Assembly (NCBI GenBank): GCA_964019425.1 | Contig: OZ025796.1 | Span: 930,001-994,000 of the forward strand | DNA from: Flectonema sp. DT1601 | Taxonomy: Eukaryota | Reading direction: 5' to 3' | Length of the DNA stretch: 64,000 bases | Shown: one piece after another, positions 1-11,629 of the stretch | How positions within the stretch are numbered: position 1 is the first letter of the stretch | Layout of the letters: each line of letters begins with the position of its first letter | Notes under the pieces: model-generated | Seen by the model: the letters and a program-made list of their open reading frames with translations, nothing else | What the model was told of the DNA's origin: nothing | Databases searched by the model: none | Made by a program: the position numbers and the translations under genes

Positions 1-1243
1 CACCGCTATATAATCCTATGGCTAGAGAATCCTCATTATATCGACCAAAAGGAACGTGATAGGGTGTCATGGGATTGCCTATCTTATCACAGTACCACTT
101 CGGAGACAAAGCCTCTGCTAAAGGCGGATTAAAAGAAGCAGTCTGAGAATGATGACAAGGTATCAAACCAACTCTACTTCTCCAAGCTTCATAATCAGCA
201 TCACTACATAAGAATGATTCGACTAAAATAGGAAATCCGTTAGGCGGTTCCGGCACTGCAGTTGGAGGTGGAGGTGGTGGTGTTGGAGCATTTGTAATCC
301 CAGGTCTGATATAACCACATGTGCCGCTATCATACTTCTTATCCTTTATTCGTTTTCTTATAACTCTAAACAAGATACAGATGTTGTCTTCATAATTATA
401 ACTGTATCCTATACAACGAACATCTAAACATTCTCCTATGCAATTACCAGTTGACATAGACCGAAATGAGCTTATGATATCACCTTCTTCACCAAGTACT
501 TTAGTAGATATATCTGTTGTACATGAATTATAAGAACGAATAGATCCAAGTGATGTTAATTCAGGAGATGCTGTCACGTAACGGAGACATGCTCCTGAAG
601 AGTGAGTCACGTCAACATGTCGCTCAATGCGAGACGCAAAATGATGACAGCTTTGATCACCTGATCTGTAATTAAAATATGAACAGTCGATTTCCCTCCA
701 GCAAGATGTCGCACAATCGACGTCTGTTGTGGCAAATTTCTCCTCAATAAATTGACCACTCCACCAGACACCAGGTTCAATAGTACAGTTTGTGTGTTTG
801 GGAAGTTCGTACTTTTCACAGTAACCAGCACTGTGTTTATCATCTTGGTGACGCTTTGTTCGAGTTGAGAACAAGTGGCAGACTTTATCATTTCGAAAAT
901 TAAAATAACTACAAAGTCTGTTCTGTGAACATAAAATTTCACATTCTTTAATTGACTTATCGTTAGCAGAAGATACAAACTCCCCCTCATACCATGTACT
1001 GTTTTCTACCTTGCATGATGGTGGTGGTGGTGGGCTGCTTGTCTTCGCTGACAATATCCCTGAAGCCCTCTGCTGCGCCTTCTGCTGTGCCTCAACTGCT
1101 ATCATTGCCACAACGTGATCGACGCGTGCGTCTTCAGCCCCTCTCGACATCCCTCCAACAAGAAGGTAAGTCACAATTACCAACGGACATATTAAAAGTA
1201 GCAATGCACGTCGGGGGGACTTGCTACTTGTTGCGCTGTGCAT
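1..1243 (-). CDS. Type II membrane protein with three PAN/Apple-like Cys domains (partial, runs off left edge)
   Basis: Manually translated; absent from the ORF track because there is no stop in the window. ATG at 1243: MHSATSSKSPRR-ALLLLICPLVIVTYLLVGG (TM), then three repeats with C..CxxxC-x5-C(SYFN)..C..G-x-C spacing, then a Pro-rich linker (PTPPPPPPT). An AG lies shortly upstream of the ATG. Confidence 0.7.
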   Translation of the reverse strand, partial: MHSATSSKSPRRALLLLICPLVIVTYLLVGGMSRGAEDARVDHVVAMIAVEAQQKAQQRASGILSAKTSSPPPPPSCKVENSTWYEGEFVSSANDKSIKECEILCSQNRLCSYFNFRNDKVCHLFSTRTKRHQDDKHSAGYCEKYELPKHTNCTIEPGVWWSGQFIEEKFATTDVDCATSCWREIDCSYFNYRSGDQSCHHFASRIERHVDVTHSSGACLRYVTASPELTSLGSIRSYNSCTTDISTKVLGEEGDIISSFRSMSTGNCIGECLDVRCIGYSYNYEDNICILFRVIRKRIKDKKYDSGTCGYIRPGITNAPTPPPPPPTAVPEPPNGFPILVESFLCSDADYEAWRSRVGLIPCHHSQTASFNPPLAEALSPKWYCDKIGNPMTPYHVPFGRYNEDSLAIGLYSG

Positions 1244-1737
1244 TACTTTGCACTGCAGCCTATTCGAGGAAGTGAATTTTTACAAACAGACTGTAGTGTA
1301 ATACTCAAAGGGTTTAGCAACCTGTGCTATCCCGCGGTAACAAATGGAAGGTTTCCACATGTAAACTGGCACACTAAGAACACCACTAATTAACACGGAC
1401 AGCTTCCATGTTAATGGACAGGGAAGGATTCATGCTCGCTATTTAAAGAAAACAGCTGCATCGTTACAGAATACAGAAATATTGAGAAGGGTCACAAATC
1501 ACTTCACAAAATAATAATCAGTTCGCAATTCAACCTTTTAGGTGGAAGAAAATGAAAGTATAGAGCCCAACAAGTACTTACAGTAAAATCGAAAGTCGAA
1601 GGGAATGAAAAAGATACTCTAAGGAGAGAGAGAGAGGGAGAGATCCAGTCTCAGATTTTAATAATATTGAACCTCGATTACGAAATAGATGGTTCCGTGT
1701 TGGAGTACAGAATGTCTTCTCACCTATCTGTTGGTGA

Positions 1738-2829
1738 TTATTTGCTTCCCCAAATTTCAGGCCACTTTTGATTGATTTGTTGCTTTGATGTATTCTTTCC
1801 TTGAGGACTGAGAACTTGTGTCCAGGTATTATCAGATATCCAGACTTCAAGTTGGTCTTCACTTCCTGGTTTTGATAATTCCCAATACATCCACGGCATA
1901 TCATTCTGTAGAGCTACTTTAATTTGATCGTTAGTGTGGTTAGCCTTTTTGTTTCCATAGGAACCAAATTCTTGAAGAAAAATTCTTTTTTGACCACTGT
2001 GTGCGATCTTTACAAGAGCAGGGAGCTCATCACTGAGACCAGTAGCGGAACCATAAAAGTGAACACCCATGACATCAAGATGAGGACATTTTGAATTAGT
2101 TGAGAATAATGGGTTTACTGCAGGACCAAAACCACCATCAGTAGTTACAATGGAGCTTTCAACAGGAAGTAATGATTTTATATAACTCGTCATGTGGCAC
2201 AACCAAGTACTATTCATCGGGCTTGTTTTAGGTAAATACGATTGAGGTTCATTTTGAGGTTCAAATGAGAATATAACATCATCCAGTTGAGACCATTTCT
2301 TACCAAAACCAATATGATAGTGAGACAGCACATGTTCTATTCTCTTTTCAAAGAAGGATATTGTATCTGAATTTGAATAAAAAGCAGAGCAGTCGTTCTC
2401 TGAAGGGTATAAGCCACAATTTGACGAAGGTGGATACTTGTATTTGTAGTAGTAAGCGTCTTTTCCCCAACATCCTAACATATATCTGTCGTGAATTGCA
2501 ATCGTTAGTTTGATTTCATAGGTTTTACATTTTGTTAGCAGATTATCAACTTTTAGAAGGATGGAATCGTTGTAGATCCCGACTTGCGGTTCGACATCAC
2601 TGACGGCTTCGTTGTGTCCTCCCTTGACGTTTGATGAAATCTGTGTTAAAAATATCCTTAACACCTTCATATCAGCCTTCTTCATCGCAGCAAGCATCGT
2701 GTCAATCTCATTGTCGGATTTTGACCATGCGAAATATCCACTAGCACCTGCCCAGTTTTGGTCGTCATTTGCAGTGCTTATGTCCATCACCATTAACATA
2801 ACGCATACTAACAGTAACAAGTGTCTCAT
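1738..2829 (-). CDS. Secreted glycoside hydrolase family 5 (beta-mannanase-like)
   Basis: Signal peptide; KVLRIF; acid/base motif QNEP; VHFY; nucleophile motif LQEFG; C-terminal WMYWE. Confidence 0.85.
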   Translation of the reverse strand: MRHLLLLVCVMLMVMDISTANDDQNWAGASGYFAWSKSDNEIDTMLAAMKKADMKVLRIFLTQISSNVKGGHNEAVSDVEPQVGIYNDSILLKVDNLLTKCKTYEIKLTIAIHDRYMLGCWGKDAYYYKYKYPPSSNCGLYPSENDCSAFYSNSDTISFFEKRIEHVLSHYHIGFGKKWSQLDDVIFSFEPQNEPQSYLPKTSPMNSTWLCHMTSYIKSLLPVESSIVTTDGGFGPAVNPLFSTNSKCPHLDVMGVHFYGSATGLSDELPALVKIAHSGQKRIFLQEFGSYGNKKANHTNDQIKVALQNDMPWMYWELSKPGSEDQLEVWISDNTWTQVLSPQGKNTSKQQINQKWPEIWGSK

Positions 2830-2946
2830 GGTTTATTCTTTTTAGCTATGAAAATATCAGAATTTTTTTACATTACACGTCAGAACTACTTAAATTACTA
2901 AATACGAATTAATTGTAAATAAACAAAAACAGAGTGTAAGACAAGA

Positions 2947-3537
2947 GTGTAGATGAATATAAGAAAGCATGCCTCGCGACACGCTCGTTGAGATGAAAAG
3001 TGCAGAAATTTAAATTTAAAATAAGAAAAAACCTGAATCAGCAAGAGCAACAGAAACGATAAATAAAGAACCCTACGCATCGTTACAGCAAATTATGGAG
3101 AGTAATCGCTTTGTCTGATTTGTAGAAAGGATAAGATTTCTTGTTGTCTCACTTGTCACTTTCCATCAGAAGGGAAGTAACGTAATTTAGTTAACAAAAA
3201 CGGAACAAGTGTAGATGAAAAAGTATGCCTCGCGACACATTTTTGATATGAATAAAAGTGTTTTTAATCACCGCGTTGCTATTTAAGAAAGACAGCAAGT
3301 ACCTCACAACACAAACGCAAACGAAAGGTTTACTTCACAGTGGAACAGCAACACATAATTTGAAAATAAAAAAATAATAAAAACGTGTAGATGATTAGAG
3401 GAAAGCCTCACGACACACCTTTGATGTGAAGAAAAAGAAAACAGAGGGGAAAACAGCATTAAAGACGATACTTTCTAGTAAACAGAAGTAACACAGTAAA
3501 TGATTAAGGTTTGCCTCATGGCATACCTTTGATGTGA
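2947..3537 (-). repeat. Four degenerate copies of a ~45-50 nt hairpin motif (2947-2996, 3209-3251, 3385-3429, 3496-3537)
   Basis: Minus-strand consensus TCAYMTCAA-[stem, NNGA tetraloop]-TCATYTAC; stems retained through G-U pairs and compensatory changes. Confidence 0.65.
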
Positions 3538-6500
3538 GTAGTGCATTAATTTTTAACACAGAAAGCCTCGACTCAAAAGAAGTCTCATCACTTTGCAATA
3601 TAAAAACAAGTGACACTAACTATTTGATCGGGGATCCCAATACCGCAGCAGGAGATTGGATTTAATCTCAACGCCGTAGTAGTCAGGGTTTGGTCTTTTT
3701 GATATGAAATCATTCTTTTCTTAAAAGGGAGGACAAAAATACAAAAAGGATAGGAGGCGAGAATTCCACCGACCTGGGCAACCTCGCGAATGATGACAGA
3801 ACATGAAAAGATAAATAGTTAGAAAGATTACATAAAATAATATCTATGACGACGTAAACAAAAAGAAAAGGATTGCGAAAGTACCTTAAAACCATACTAA
3901 AAAGAACTGCAGTTGGCAATAGGCAACCTATACTTCAAAATATTCTAGTTTAAGATGTTTAAGCAACTAATTGAGTTCACAGTTTTGTTCTCTTTGAGCC
4001 GACTGCGGAACTACGCCAAGCAGTTCCATTGTTTTAAATTTATCAACCATGTTTCCCTGCGCCAGCGCTTGTTTTCGAAACGTCCCAGTCACGTGAATCA
4101 GATGCGCAGAAGCCAGAGTTGTCGTCACATCGGAAGAGATGTGTCGAGGAAATACCCAATTTGGAGGACCAATGCAATTGAAATTTATTTCACGCGGTGT
4201 GTGTTTCGGGAAGTGAAGTAGTTCCCTAGCTATCTCCTGATCAGTAGTGTGATAAGGAGCAAAGCCGTCATCTCGAATAGAAGATATTGTTTGAACGTAG
4301 TCAGGAATTGGAATCTTGTCCCTCTGCTCCCAATCAGCTTTACGGATCTTTCCGATGAGGGATTTCCCTCCGTGACAAACTATTTCATAACTTCCGTTAG
4401 CGTCATTTCTATTAATGTGGTCCTTACAAACAACTAGAAGTGATTGAATCAGAATACCAAGAGTCATCTTACCTGAGTCAAAACCTGTTATGATCTCACG
4501 AGATATGTGTTCTCTCTTTCCTTTATTCTTCAAACCAAATCCTTTTATCCTCTTTCCCAGTTGCCAAATCCTCAGAGAAACACGTCCAGATAGATGTGGT
4601 CGCTGTGTCATCTCTTTCCCTTCTAACTCTTTATTCCACCAAATAAGTTCGTCAGCCCATTTCTGTGTGTACTTCATCACGGCAACGTGAGGCATCATAG
4701 CCACCACACCTGTATTAGGCCACACTTTAAAACATGGTTCAACTGTTGGTCTCTCACCACACATCATGGCTAAATTCGCATTCAATGAAAGGAAGTGTTG
4801 CCATGGATTTCGTAGAGCAATAACGTCAGTATCGAGAAGTATGAGAGCGATACCTGTGTTGGTTAGTTGGTTGTCGTAATAATAACTGAAAATAAGAATA
4901 AGAAAACAATTCAAACCTGACTGTAAGATTCGATTCATCATAATAGGTTTACAATGCATTACTGATAATGTTAGTTTGTGACCTGTCGATCTCTTTGTAG
5001 AAAGCCAAGGGCATATTTGAACTACGTCAGAACAGTCAACATTATTACTTTGACACCAACTTGACAATCTATCCCCTTGTGTTCCTATGAATATTCCAGT
5101 TGAAGCTGAGTCGTCATTCGTTGTAGTTATAGATTTTCTGACATTGTACAACCAGCTGCTCAGCATTCTCTGTGCTCTACAGTTAGCAACTGTGGCTATA
5201 ATACGTCCGTGTCTTGATGCTGATTTCACTGTTGTGATAAAGTTGTCTTTTGGTCCAATAGAATGCGTGATCCTGTTTTGAGAAACATTATTTCCGACAA
5301 CTCGAATAGACACCAAGAAATTAACATCTTCAACACCAATACTAGGATACGCAGCCCATAGTGCTAGTAGTGTCATAATTGGTATCGCGATAAACGTTAC
5401 CCTCATCAGTCTATCAACAGCCATGTTGGCAAATAGAAACTGAAGGGAGAAAGATGAATCAAAAATAAATTAAATCACAAACTACGACCACATCCATTAA
5501 GCATAACTTAGAAGACATCACCGACAGTATTTGAGAAAAAGGATGTTTTAGAAATCCAACTTTTTCTCAGTCGGATTCACTGAAGAGAGTTAAGCTCCCC
5601 AACCTTCAAAAAGTAAAGGTTTCCTTATTAAGTAGTTTACGATCTCAAGATATAATTCTTTATCGAATCCAGTGAAGACAAACTAAACGAAAAACTCGCC
5701 ATACGTCTTCACAACCGTGAGACTCTCACTGGCTAAAAAAAGACATCCGCCGCATAAACAAGGCAGACAGTAGTATTCGATATCCTTCAGTGCTCACACA
5801 ACAACGATCAACTTAAGGGGAAGTGGGATCTATGTACGAAGAGAGTGTGGATTGACGTCAGTTATGTGACGGCACTGTTATTTTATTTATAAAAACTACG
5901 AAGAAGAATACCACCATAAAGAAAATATAAATAAAAAATAGAACAAACAAGGACACGGTCGTCGACTCAGTGTAAATAACAACCCAACTTTTGAGAGTAT
6001 TAATTAATCAGTTTTTTGACAGATCTCTTGAACCTCCGCAGCTTCCGGCGATAGATCACCGTCACACTCAATTTGAATATCTTCTCCTTCAAGATTGTCA
6101 GCAGCAGAATCATCTTTTTGAGATGTCAACTCTACATCAGATTGATGATGTGGAGACGTTGGTGGTTTCACAACTAAGACCAAATTTAAAGAATCAAAAG
6201 GTCGTTCGATCCAAGCATATAGTCCAGCCACAACAAGAAGTAGTGTCGCAAACACACTAAAGAGAATCGAAGCTCCCGCATGGTAATAGATGAATCCACC
6301 TCCAAGAGTACCAATCAATGGACCAACACCCCATGACACACCATTTAGTACTCCCATTAAGGAGGTGGTCATTCCAGGGGGAGCAAATTCGTTAACAAAA
6401 AATACAGCTGCAGACCAGCTAAGACCATAGGCTATACCGTGCATCGATTCTAATAAAAAAGCCCAATAAGGATGAGTAATAATACTGTAGCCAAAAAAAC

Positions 6501-6658
6501 GCATCGATTGCGCAATGCAACCAACAAAAACCATTGATGCTGGCCCAACTCTTTTCCTTATCTCAGTTGAGTAAATGAAAACAGGAATTTCACTAGCGAT
6601 GCCAACCATCGTAGTGAACCCGATGAGTGTTTTTGAAGCTCCCAAATCATCTAAATGA
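3306..6658. repeat. Segmental duplication, copy A (copy B at 60648-64000, offset 57342)
   Basis: Sequences match from acaacacaaacgc onward; I noted only three substitutions (4468/61810, 5092/62434, 5897/63239). Confidence 0.97.
3967..5424 (-). CDS. Nucleotide-diphospho-sugar transferase-like (GT77-like, DxD) type II membrane protein; probable in-frame introns at 4854-4916 and 4434-4472
   Basis: N-terminal TM; LILLDTDVIALRNPW (DxD); NTGVV; C-terminal HLIHVT. A 63-nt GT..AG segment interrupts ILQSG|IALILLDTD. Confidence 0.65.
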   Translation of the reverse strand: MAVDRLMRVTFIAIPIMTLLALWAAYPSIGVEDVNFLVSIRVVGNNVSQNRITHSIGPKDNFITTVKSASRHGRIIATVANCRAQRMLSSWLYNVRKSITTTNDDSASTGIFIGTQGDRLSSWCQSNNVDCSDVVQICPWLSTKRSTGHKLTLSVMHCKPIMMNRILQSGLNCFLILIFSYYYDNQLTNTGIALILLDTDVIALRNPWQHFLSLNANLAMMCGERPTVEPCFKVWPNTGVVAMMPHVAVMKYTQKWADELIWWNKELEGKEMTQRPHLSGRVSLRIWQLGKRIKGFGLKNKGKREHISREIITGFDSGKMTLGILIQSLLVVCKDHINRNDANGSYEIVCHGGKSLIGKIRKADWEQRDKIPIPDYVQTISSIRDDGFAPYHTTDQEIARELLHFPKHTPREINFNCIGPPNWVFPRHISSDVTTTLASAHLIHVTGTFRKQALAQGNMVDKFKTMELLGVVPQSAQREQNCELN

Positions 6659-6668
6659 AGATACAACT
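6004..6668 (-). pseudogene. MFS transporter (MFSD6-like), C-terminal half only
   Basis: LHLDDLGAS..SEIPVF..LLESMHG..GVG..IGTLGGG with about six TM segments; N-terminal half is missing and the ORF overlaps the end of the beta-helix ORF. Confidence 0.65.
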
Positions 6669-9600
6669 CTAGCATCGGATATATTACAATCGATTATATC
6701 GGGACAAGCTCCTTTTTCAATCCAGATACCAACACCTTGTACACATATGGAACAGTTTATAATCTTACCTGTGGTTTCCTTACCAGATATGAGTATTCCT
6801 CGTTCTTGTGCTTCGAACTGGCAGCGTGATGCGACTAACTTTCCCCCCTTGAGGATTTCGATGCCTACTTTACCTCCAACGAACTTGTTGTCTCTAATTT
6901 CACCAATACCTTGGTGTTTACAGGTAACTGATTTAGAGCATCCCCAAAAGGTGTTGTCAGCCACGATAGGATCTCCGCCTGTTGTGATTTCAATAGCGCT
7001 GCAACCATCGCTAATTCTGGAGAAAGTGTTTGTTTGAATGACTCCGCGACCGTTGTTCTCAATGAGGAGACCAGTTCCAGAGATGTGACTTCCAATGATT
7101 GTTGGACATGCTCCTGTTTGAATAACAAACAATCCTGAAATAGAACAATTCATGAATGTCCCTCCACCATCATCAGAACACTGAACTGACTTCACACCTG
7201 AGAATAAATTATCTCTAAATATCGTCTGTGCTTTGTGTCGGGTTCTCACATCAACTTCATTTTCTTTAAAACAATTATTCGCAACTAAACCGTTGCCTCC
7301 GTTGGTTGCGATGATTGCCGTGTTGGTATTCCTTTTAAATATATTTTCAGTTACCTGCGTGTCACCTCCTTCTTGAATCTGAACACCAACTATATTATCC
7401 GCAATTACATTCATGTGAATTGCCCCTCTAGCCTCTTCCGTTATGCTAATTGCACATACAGCAGTGTGGCGTATAAATACATTGCGCTCCAATAGCAGTT
7501 TGGTTTTGGTTTTTAATAAAACTCCTGCCTTATGATTTGCTGTAAACGTGTTTAGCATGGCTTTTCCTTTTGAACGAGAATGAGCAATAATCCCGTATTC
7601 GTTGTCATTGAAGGTGTTATTTTCAATTAAAGGGTTAGTCTCTTCATCTTTAATTACGATACCTGTGTCACTGTTTTCAAAAAGGTTTCCTTCACAGTGG
7701 CCTGTCGACTCGTCTTCGAATATGATGCCACATAATTCCGCTATAAAAACATTTTTTGACAGGGTTGGCTTTCCTGAATGATGAACAAACAGACCTGACT
7801 GCGTACTTCGAGTAAAAGTATTCTCTATTATGGTTGGAGATGCTTCATTTTCTACGGTGATACCGATTTTGCATCCTCTAAAGATATTCGCAGAGATTGA
7901 TACTGTTGTTTCTGGTTGTGTAATTCTGATTCCACAACTGAGTTCCTCAAATGTATTAGTATCGAATTGACCAAACCCACCTTTAATAACAATACCTTCA
8001 CCCCTTCCGTTGTATTGATTATTGCAGACAATCGGTGCTGCTCCTTCCCATACTTCACAACTAATGTCGTTGTTTGTAAAAATATTATGTTGGATATCAC
8101 CAGACGCGTCGTCAGTAAACCGAATACCAAATAAATTTTCAACAAATTTATTCGAAGCAACAACCGGTGCTGCCGCAGTAGATAATTGCATTCCACGTTC
8201 ATTATCATAAATACTGTTATTTAGAATCTGACCAAGGCTTCCATCTAAGAAATCAATCCCTATTCGCTCATTGAAAATCATATTTGCATCAAGCAACGGA
8301 TCACTTCTGGCACGCAATAATACCCCACATAGAGTGTTGTCTGATATGCTATTACGAATAAACGTTCCTTTTCCACATTCTATTATTTCGATACCGCATT
8401 TATTCTTTGTCATTCGGTTGTCTGTGATGGTTGGATCGGCATCGGTAGAAATAAAAACACCTGAATGACCATTTCCACACATTGTATTATTAGTAATCAA
8501 CCCCAAGGCTCCATCCATAATGTGAATACCATGCTCGTTGTTATCTATTAGTTTGTTGTTTGTTATTTTTGGTTTTGAGTTTTGTCCAATTTGAATTCCT
8601 GATTTGAAATTATTCAAAAAACGGTTTTCTGTGTATGTTCCAAAGCCTCCATTTCTTATGATTAATCCGCTTCCGGTTGGATTGCTGGAGAGTTCACAAT
8701 CTGTAACATAAGGATCACCTCCATTCATTACAGAGAGGTGGATATCATTTTTCAAAAATATGTTTGAAGTGAATGTTCCTTTTCCTTTGTCGGTTACCTC
8801 AATCCCCAAAAGGCTTCTCTCAATCGTGTTTGAGGTTACTTCCGGATCTGCTGAAGTGATCACACGGAAATTAGCAACAGAGTGAGTGTGGATATGATTT
8901 TTTGTAAATATGCCACAGCCTTCGTTTCTACACAACACACCCAACGGAGCCGTGTGGATGTTGTTTCCTTCTATTATAACGTGGCCATAGTTTTCAACAA
9001 GAACATTCACCATTGCGCTTTCACATATTTCGTTTTTGTGAAATTCTGCGTCGCCGAGTTTTTTCCTGTCTAGACTAGATCGGATCCCCCAAGTGTTGGA
9101 TTTTATTATATTTTGTGTAAAACGAGCCTCTCCAGTTGCGCCTTCAACAGAAACACCAACAGCACTACTTGAAAAAACGTTTTTAAAATATGATCCTTTC
9201 CCTCCTTCATTGATTAAGGCAGCGGTTTCAGATGCTCCTGAGAATTCGTTTTCCGACACCCTCGGATTTGACCCACTCGAAGAAGAAATGGCAATCGGAT
9301 TGTTAGATAAAATATTTGACGTTATAACAGGGGACGAATTATCAACGCATTTAATACCTGTTCCACAGATGTTGATAAGGCTATTTTTGATCTCAGGAGA
9401 AGCACCGTCGGAAGTGTGAATAGCGCAGTCATCTGATGAGACTATGGTACTTGATGTTATTGAGGGTGACGTGCCTTCTCCTGAAATTTGTAATGCGCGT
9501 TTTGCTCTGTCAAATTTACAATTCGATATTAAGGTTGTCGCACCGCCTGTTAACTCACAACCAAGATCGATTCCTTGAAAACTGCAATTTCGAAAACGTC

Positions 9601-11515
9601 CTTTTCCATTTTCCTTAACAATCACACCTGAAATCATGTGAGCCCCAAATTCACATCTCAGGATTTTCGGATTCGTATTTTCACCAACAATAGTAACTCC
9701 CCTCGGGGAGTGTTGAAAAAAGTTTTTTTCAAAAGTTCCCTGAGCGCCATCTTCAGCTAATAAACTATCACCAGCCTCACACGACACCAGCGTGTTTTTC
9801 CTCACGACTGGATTTGACAGAGATCCCGACACACAAATATTAGTGAACCTATTACAGTCAAGGTAATTATCAAGATATGTTCCTAGTCCATTTACTATTA
9901 AGAGTCCGTGCTGAGGATTCTTTTCAAGTCGGTTTCGTGTGCAGGTTGGGTCGGCCGACTGATCAACTTTCATTCCCGCAGTTCGGTTCTCACGGATTGT
10001 GTTTTTGTGATATTTGCCTTGAGAAAAGTCTGTTATGTGAATTCCTATTGAGGTGCAGTAGCCTACGAAATTTCCGACTACTTCGGGCTTTGAACTTCCC
10101 GTAACAGCCAATCCAATGTTACAAGACTCAATACGATTATCACTGTACACACCAAGACCATTCTTTGCTATGATGATTCCTTCTTTAGCGCATTCTGTGA
10201 TAGTGTTCTGAGTAAATGTTGGATTTGATTTCTTAAAAGCAGCGATTCCAGTTGACGCATTCTCAATTGTATTTCCAGTGTAGGTTCCTCTAGCTTCGTT
10301 TACTACAGCGATTGCTTGCATGCCAGCGTTGAGAATTGTGTTGTTGGATACTACTGGATCTGCTTTAGATGACATGACCATGATTGTTGGGCCGCTGGAC
10401 ATATCGAAAGTGTTGTTGCTGTAGATTCCACAGGAATTGTCGATTCGTAAAGCAACTTTTGCGACTCTTAGAATAGTGTTGTTACTAACTACTGGACATG
10501 CTTGTTGTCTTACTAGTATTCCATGACCACCTGTAGGTGAACCAGTTATGGTATTCCATTCAACGATTGGATTGCTTGAAGATATTGTGATAGCGCTACC
10601 TTGACAATCACAAAATCGATTCGTACTAACATTAGGAGTACCAGCTTCTATAACTATTCCAGTTGTTTGTTGTTTTGAAAATAAATTATCCTCCACAACA
10701 ATATTATCTGCTGAAGTAACCATTCCAATATTTCCAGACATAAATGAGTTATCTGTAAACAAGACATGACAGCTGCCGTCATCAACAACGACTGACGTCC
10801 TTTCCATAAATCTTTTTGACGTTACCTTGGTATGATCATTAAAAGTGTTTCTATTTATCGTTAGCGTCTCTCCCTCAATCACAGAATGATCAGCTGTTCC
10901 GATGTGGAATATTCCTTTGCCTCGTCGTTCCATTTTATGAGGATTTGGTTCAGGACAAAGCATGTTGTTGTCTTCGAAAACAGTGTTGCCGCAGTTACTG
11001 ACGTCGACGCACCAAAGCTCATGTGAGAATATTTGATTTTTGATAAATGTACCTCCGCATTTATTACGAAGGCGAATACCGGAAGTTGTCATCGAACCGG
11101 AAATTTCGTTTCGTTCGATGTGAGGAGTTGCTGTTCCTGTCACTAAGACGGATGAGAATTTACAATTCGTAATAATTGGTGATCCTTCAGCTATACTAAC
11201 GCAAGGACAGTCTTTGTTTCTGTCATTTTGAACCATTTCCAAACCTGAAATGAAACATTTATCAGTCCCCGTTATCGTCAAGACAGTACCTCTAAATATA
11301 ACGTCTGGTGTCTCTCCCTCACATGCGACGAGTTCTATTTCTTTATTTACGATGATTGATTCCGTGTATCTACCAGATGACACTTCTATTCGATCTCCTT
11401 TATTAGCTTGTAAGATAGCGTCGTTTACATTCATCTAGGCGCCTAACCTTGCACCGACATAGTGAACTTTTACTGTTCTTTTTTGCCATTCGCTGTATAC
11501 CTCACCAGTTTCCAT
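6647..11515 (-). CDS. Large right-handed parallel beta-helix (PbH1/NosD/FBXO11-like) repeat protein; possibly a pseudogene
   Basis: DAILQANKGDRIEVSSGRYTESI cap motif and dozens of GIxV..P.I..N repeats. An in-frame TAG at 11435-11437 separates a 26-codon upstream extension (ATG 11515); the C-terminus ends abruptly within a repeat. Confidence 0.8.
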
Positions 11516-11629
11516 AATGCTAATTCCGTGAAACAATCATATCGTGTAGTGGTTTAAAAGATCTGTTTAGTGGGAGTGAAAAAGATAAATAAATAAAAAA
11601 ACACAATACAAAACTTCATTCTAATCTGC

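Noticed and set aside
607..1275. ORF-track ORFs 607-990 (-) and 994-1275 (+)
   Set aside because: They overlap the better-supported PAN-domain ORF (1243 to the left edge) in other frames.
2947..3537. SECIS-like reading (AUGA...UGA) of the hairpin repeats on the plus strand
   Set aside because: Plus-strand stems have A-C mismatches, there is no apical AA, and no plus-strand gene lies upstream.
11435..11437. TAG reassignment (alternative genetic code)
   Set aside because: TAG terminates several intact genes in the window, including PDF, patatin, AKR and SET.
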